From Capsulimonadales bacterium (GTDB taxonomy: Bacteria; Armatimonadota; Armatimonadia; Armatimonadales; Armatimonadaceae), in contig JANRLW010000094.1 in NCBI GenBank assembly GCA_033762295.1, positions 1 to 20,675 on the forward strand: a stretch of DNA of 20,675 nucleotides, read 5' to 3'. Made by a program: the position numbers and the translations under genes. How positions within the stretch are numbered: position 1 is the stretch's first letter; each line of letters starts with the position of its first letter. This document shows positions 17,090 through 20,675 of the stretch, one piece after another. The notes below the pieces were generated by a model. The model searched no databases. It was given only the letters and a program-made list of their open reading frames with translations, and was not told where the DNA came from.

Positions 17090-17587
17090 ATGAAACGCCG
17101 CGTCCTGCGATTCGCCCGGTTCATCAGCCTCCTGATCGCTCTGTTTTTCCTCGCGTTCCTGCCGTTCGCCTATCACTTCTATTCCACACTGGGCATCGAT
17201 ACGGACCGGACGGACGGACCCGCGTCCATCTATTATCGGTACTATCGCGTTCGGTGGCGCGGAGACGGGACGGTGGAGATCGGGAGCGGAGCGCATCACT
17301 ACGCGGCGAACGTCAAAAAGCCGGAGCCTTTCGACCTGGCCGGGCGCTTCTTCGATCCGCCGCGCCCCGGGACGGTGCGAAACCGGTGGAACGCTCTGGG
17401 GTTCCGGCGCAAACTCTCCCGGGCGGAGGATGAGTTCAGCGTCCGGGACGCCTCCCTGCTCCGCCCGTATCAGAACTGGGTCGGTATGCCGGCCTGGTTA
17501 CCGGTGATATTCTTCGGCGGTCTCGCCCTGATCCTTCGGGCGGCCGAACGCAAAACGCCGGAATCGTCCGCTAAATCTTCGCCTTGA
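17090..17587 (+). CDS. Hypothetical membrane protein (N- and C-terminal TM helices)
   Basis: MKRR + hydrophobic helix, a beta-rich aromatic middle, and C-terminal MPAWLPVIFFGGLALIL. The 3' end overlaps the convergent gene by 17 nt. Confidence 0.65.
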   Translation: MKRRVLRFARFISLLIALFFLAFLPFAYHFYSTLGIDTDRTDGPASIYYRYYRVRWRGDGTVEIGSGAHHYAANVKKPEPFDLAGRFFDPPRPGTVRNRWNALGFRRKLSRAEDEFSVRDASLLRPYQNWVGMPAWLPVIFFGGLALILRAAERKTPESSAKSSP

Positions 17588-18815
17588 AGCACGCCCATTC
17601 CAGCGTCTGCAGCATTTTGGAGACGATCATCAGGGAGACGGCGACGACGATACCCCAGCTGACGATGTCATTGGGCTTGCCGAAGGTCGGTGTGTTCTGT
17701 CCCCCGGCTTTGAACGAGATGCGCGAAACGAGAGCATCGGCCATCGTAAACCCGCCGGAGATCAGATCCTTCATCCACCCGGACAGGAAGAAGCAGAGCG
17801 CAATACCGCCAATGATGACGATCGGCAGGAGGATACGATACTTTTCCGCCTGATGCTCGTTATAAATGATGCAGTTCCGGCAGCGTTCGACCTTTTCGGC
17901 CATCGTCAATTCGATCCGTCGCCGGGAGAACTCCTGGTCGATGCCGACGATGCCCCGTCCGCCGACCGTCATCTCCGGTCCCCGTCCGGCGGTCGAACCG
18001 CCGATACCGCTGAAGGTCATCGGGGTCGGCGCCGCGCCGGGCGTGGGGGAGTTGGCGTAGTTGCGCTGGGGATCGGGAGCCATACCGAGGACGATTCCCT
18101 GCACCTTCTGCGCAGCCTGGGTGACGATGTCCTCTTCGCAATAGCACCCCCGCCGTTCCTTCCAGCAGGCCTTCTTCGCCTGGAAGATCGGGCAGTGCGG
18201 TCGAATCGAATCCCGGCAGTACGGTCCTTCCCAGCATCTTCCGAAGAGGGAGGTCCGCATCGGCTTGCGTTCCGCCGAGGCGTCGTTGCCGTACGTAAAC
18301 GACTCCGGGTTCATCTGTTTGTCGCGGAAAGCGGAGGTGAACCGCCGGATGATGTCCCAGATGACCAGGGCCAGGCCGACGACGCCGGGCACGTAGGCCG
18401 CGTTGCGGAACCCCATAAGAGCGGCGACGAGGCCGCGGCCCGACTGGCTCTGATTCCCGAACGTCGCGAAAACGAACGGGATGCCGAAAGCCAGGCCCAC
18501 CGCCCCGGCGAGCATGATATATCCGATCGTCTCCTCGCCCCAGAGGACCAGAGCGACGCAGAGCGACCCGATCATCAGACCCCAGAGCAAAATCTGTGAA
18601 GCGGTCCCCAGAACGCCCAGAACGCGGGTTTGATCCGCCTGGGGGAGCGTGTCCACGCCGGCCAGATTCCCGGAGAACATTCCGAACAGAATATATATCG
18701 CGGCAAGACCGGCCGCGGCGAACGACAGGTTCATCACCAGCGCGACCACATTATAAACGGTCGGACCCAGCACCGACCAGAGGGTGCGCCCTTCCGACTG
18801 CTCTTCGGCACTCAT
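17571..18815 (-). CDS. Multi-pass membrane protein with Cys-rich (two-CW-like) soluble domain
   Basis: Strong SD (GAGGAGG) before ATG 18815. About 4 N-terminal and 2 C-terminal TM segments. CWEGPYC-x7-CP-x7-CW-x5-CYC ... CRNCIIY. Confidence 0.8.
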   Translation of the reverse strand: MSAEEQSEGRTLWSVLGPTVYNVVALVMNLSFAAAGLAAIYILFGMFSGNLAGVDTLPQADQTRVLGVLGTASQILLWGLMIGSLCVALVLWGEETIGYIMLAGAVGLAFGIPFVFATFGNQSQSGRGLVAALMGFRNAAYVPGVVGLALVIWDIIRRFTSAFRDKQMNPESFTYGNDASAERKPMRTSLFGRCWEGPYCRDSIRPHCPIFQAKKACWKERRGCYCEEDIVTQAAQKVQGIVLGMAPDPQRNYANSPTPGAAPTPMTFSGIGGSTAGRGPEMTVGGRGIVGIDQEFSRRRIELTMAEKVERCRNCIIYNEHQAEKYRILLPIVIIGGIALCFFLSGWMKDLISGGFTMADALVSRISFKAGGQNTPTFGKPNDIVSWGIVVAVSLMIVSKMLQTLEWACFKAKI

Positions 18816-19068
18816 ACCGACCTCCTCAATAACAGGCGACGCGGACTCTCCGAACGACGGAGCGATACGGTCGCGAACATGACCGGGCGGAAACGTTTCG
18901 ATGGAAGCGGAGCTGAAGATAGAGGTTCCCGAGTCGTGCGTGCCACCGTGCGATGGCACGAACCGGAAGCCATACCGCTATCATAGACGGTTACGGTCCG
19001 GAAATTGTTACTTCAGGAAAGCGGAAGTGGGCAGATTTTCCGAAAATAATTCGGAGACAGGCAGTGAA

Positions 19069-19102
19069 CGTCCGTTCCCGAAAACTCTGACGGGAACGGA
19101 CG
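19069..19102 (-). terminator. Stem-loop downstream of efp (probable terminator or mRNA-stabilising hairpin)
   Basis: Perfect 12-bp stem CGTCCGTTCCCG/CGGGAACGGACG with a 10-nt loop, 16 nt after the efp stop. The U-tail is weak. Confidence 0.6.
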
Positions 19103-19118
19103 ACGGTCGGGAGTCGCG

Positions 19119-19676
19119 CTATTTTACGCGTTCCAGATAGGAGTCCGTCCGCGTGTCGATCCGAATCTTTTCGCCGATATTGATGAACAGCGGAACGTTG
19201 ACCACCGCGCCGGTCTCCACCTTCGCCGGTTTCGACCCGCCGGTCGCCGTATCGCCACGGACACCCGGATCGGTTTCCACGACCTGCAGTTCCATGAAAT
19301 CCGGCACGCTGACGCCGATGACCTCCCCCTTGTATCGTATGACCGAAATGTCCATATTTTCCTTCAAATATTTCCGCTGGTCACCGAAGAGGCTTGCCTG
19401 AATCCCGGTCTGCTCGAACGATTCCATGTCCATCAGGAAGGCTTCGTCGTCCTGCGTGTACAGATACTGCATGGTCGTACGCTCCAGGACGGCCTGTTCC
19501 ACCTTCTCGCCCGCGCGGAAGGTCCGCTCGATCGAGTTGCCGGTACGCAGGTTCTTGATGCGGGTACGGACGAAGGCAGCCCCTTTACCGGGCTTGACGT
19601 GCATAAACTCAACGATAGTCCAGATGTCGTTGTCCAGGAGAATGGACAGACCGTTGCGAAAGTCGCTTGTATCCAT
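19119..19676 (-). CDS. efp: Translation elongation factor P
   Basis: HVKPGKGAAFVRT, YLY, FLMDMESFEQ, PGVRGDTATGGSKPAKVETG..V.VPLFI..GEKIRIDTR..SYLER. Confidence 0.97.
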   Translation of the reverse strand: MDTSDFRNGLSILLDNDIWTIVEFMHVKPGKGAAFVRTRIKNLRTGNSIERTFRAGEKVEQAVLERTTMQYLYTQDDEAFLMDMESFEQTGIQASLFGDQRKYLKENMDISVIRYKGEVIGVSVPDFMELQVVETDPGVRGDTATGGSKPAKVETGAVVNVPLFINIGEKIRIDTRTDSYLERVK

Positions 19677-19801
19677 AATGATTTCTTGTTCCAGTGGTGG
19701 CGGAAAGGGCGTGGGGCGTCCGTTCCGGGGCCGGGAGCGGGAGATAACGCCCCGGCCCGGGCCACCGCATTATAGCATGCGACAAAAGATGGATACAAGC
19801 G
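19664..19801. repeat. Perfect 13-bp inverted repeat flanking the efp leader and -10 box
   Basis: CGCTTGTATCCAT (19664-19676) and ATGGATACAAGCG (19789-19801), with 112 bp between the arms. Confidence 0.8.
19769..19798 (-). promoter_or_regulatory. Sigma70-type promoter for efp
   Basis: Minus strand TTGTAT (19798-19793), 18 nt spacer, TATAAT (19774-19769) preceded by TGn (extended -10). Confidence 0.7.
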
Positions 19802-19849
19802 TTCTTCTCACGGGTTGCCCGGCAAACGATGTGTGGCCGAACCGCAACG

Positions 19850-20675
19850 TCAGGCGAAAAAGAGCGTCGCCCCCTCGACCTCCGCCTGATCGCGGGTGTA
19901 GGAGACGCCATGCACCTTGATACCCTCGCGCAGGACCGTGATAATCCCGCCCTTGTTGCCCAGGTTGATACTGCCGTCGGAAACGACCCGCAACGTCTCC
20001 CCGGCGGCCAGTGTTCCGAGCGGTCCCAGGTCCATCGTATTTTTCGACGCATCGGCGATCTGCCAGCCCGACAGCGAGATCGTCTCGGCGGTGGTATTGA
20101 GCAGCGTGATCGTTTCCGGGTGCGGGACGCCGTCGTTGCCGGAAGGATTGACCAGGGCGGCGACGATCCGGATCGCATTCTCCCAGGGGTACGGAGGCGG
20201 CGGTTCCGGCAAAACGGGGGACGGTTCGACCGGGCGCGGCAGACCGATCGGATGCCGTGGAGAACGGGCCGGCCCGGGACGGAACCCCGGCAGGGCGTGT
20301 CCGCGCAGGTCGTCCGTGTGCCAGACCTGCGACTGAAACGCCAGAAAGATCGCCACCGTCTGTCCCGTTCCGGGAAAGTGCACGATCAACCCGCCGTCCT
20401 GAAAAACGCCGTCGTCGCGCCGATGCCGGTGGTCGTTCCCCTGGTTCATATGGACATCGTGTACCCCGTTCCCCGGACGGAACCCGAAGATTTTATCGGG
20501 AGCATGCTCCGGCCCGAAACGCGCGCCGAAGGCGAAGAGACGGGCGTTCGGGTCGCGAAGGGCCCGCCCGAGATGGAAACCGACCCGCTCGTTCAGGTCG
20601 TTGTCCGGTCCGGGAACGTCGAACGGCAGCGGACGCATCTCGGTCGGGTCGAACAGATTGCCACGGATGTAATCG
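19850..20675 (-). CDS. DUF2278 (YukJ-like) protein fused to a C-terminal lamin-tail (LTD-like) domain, 5' truncated
   Basis: The frame stays open to the window edge (DYIRGNLFDP). GNGVHDVHMNQGN and DGVFQDGGL..FLAFQSQ.WHTDD are followed by a Pro-rich linker and IVAALVNP...ETITLLN......LSGWQI.D ... LGNKGG.I. Confidence 0.82.
   Translation of the reverse strand, partial: DYIRGNLFDPTEMRPLPFDVPGPDNDLNERVGFHLGRALRDPNARLFAFGARFGPEHAPDKIFGFRPGNGVHDVHMNQGNDHRHRRDDGVFQDGGLIVHFPGTGQTVAIFLAFQSQVWHTDDLRGHALPGFRPGPARSPRHPIGLPRPVEPSPVLPEPPPPYPWENAIRIVAALVNPSGNDGVPHPETITLLNTTAETISLSGWQIADASKNTMDLGPLGTLAAGETLRVVSDGSINLGNKGGIITVLREGIKVHGVSYTRDQAEVEGATLFFA

Noticed and set aside
18816..19060. Possible riboswitch or sRNA in the long intergenic region (hairpins at 18939-18960 and 19039-19055)
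   Set aside because: The hairpins exist, but I recognise no aptamer consensus. An Rfam scan would be needed.
19850..20675. DUF2278 + lamin-tail fusion as a novel architecture, and its PPPP linker as an EF-P sensor
   Set aside because: This fusion is, to my knowledge, already known. One polyproline linker next to efp is insufficient evidence of regulation.

Overview
GC-rich bacterial chromosomal window. The AF/GF-type prepilin and the Cys-rich membrane protein beside efp/accB/accC suggest Armatimonadota or a similar lineage, but this is inference only. Left to right: a less GC-rich + strand trio (partial HEAT-like repeat protein, YkuV/TlpA-like thioredoxin, orphan AbiEii-family nucleotidyltransferase); a GH63 glycosidase; a Pro/Thr-stalked lipoprotein with five exact 43-aa repeats; a glucose 1-dehydrogenase-like SDR; a nitronate monooxygenase-like flavoprotein; cstA; a lone modB; an RsbW-like ATPase behind a four-GAF protein with no output domain; hisD; an accB-like/prepilin/accC unit; two membrane proteins (one with a split two-CW-like Cys domain); efp; and a partial DUF2278(YukJ)+lamin-tail protein. 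No rRNA, tRNA, CRISPR array or transposase was seen. Most notable: (1) the AccB-like protein has Arg where the biotinylated Lys should be (ETMR vs EAMK), and a pilin-like gene is wedged between it and a slightly divergent accC; (2) a perfect 13-bp inverted repeat links the efp start codon to its own -35 box; (3) several other enzymes carry substitutions at key residues; (4) at least four genes look leaderless.
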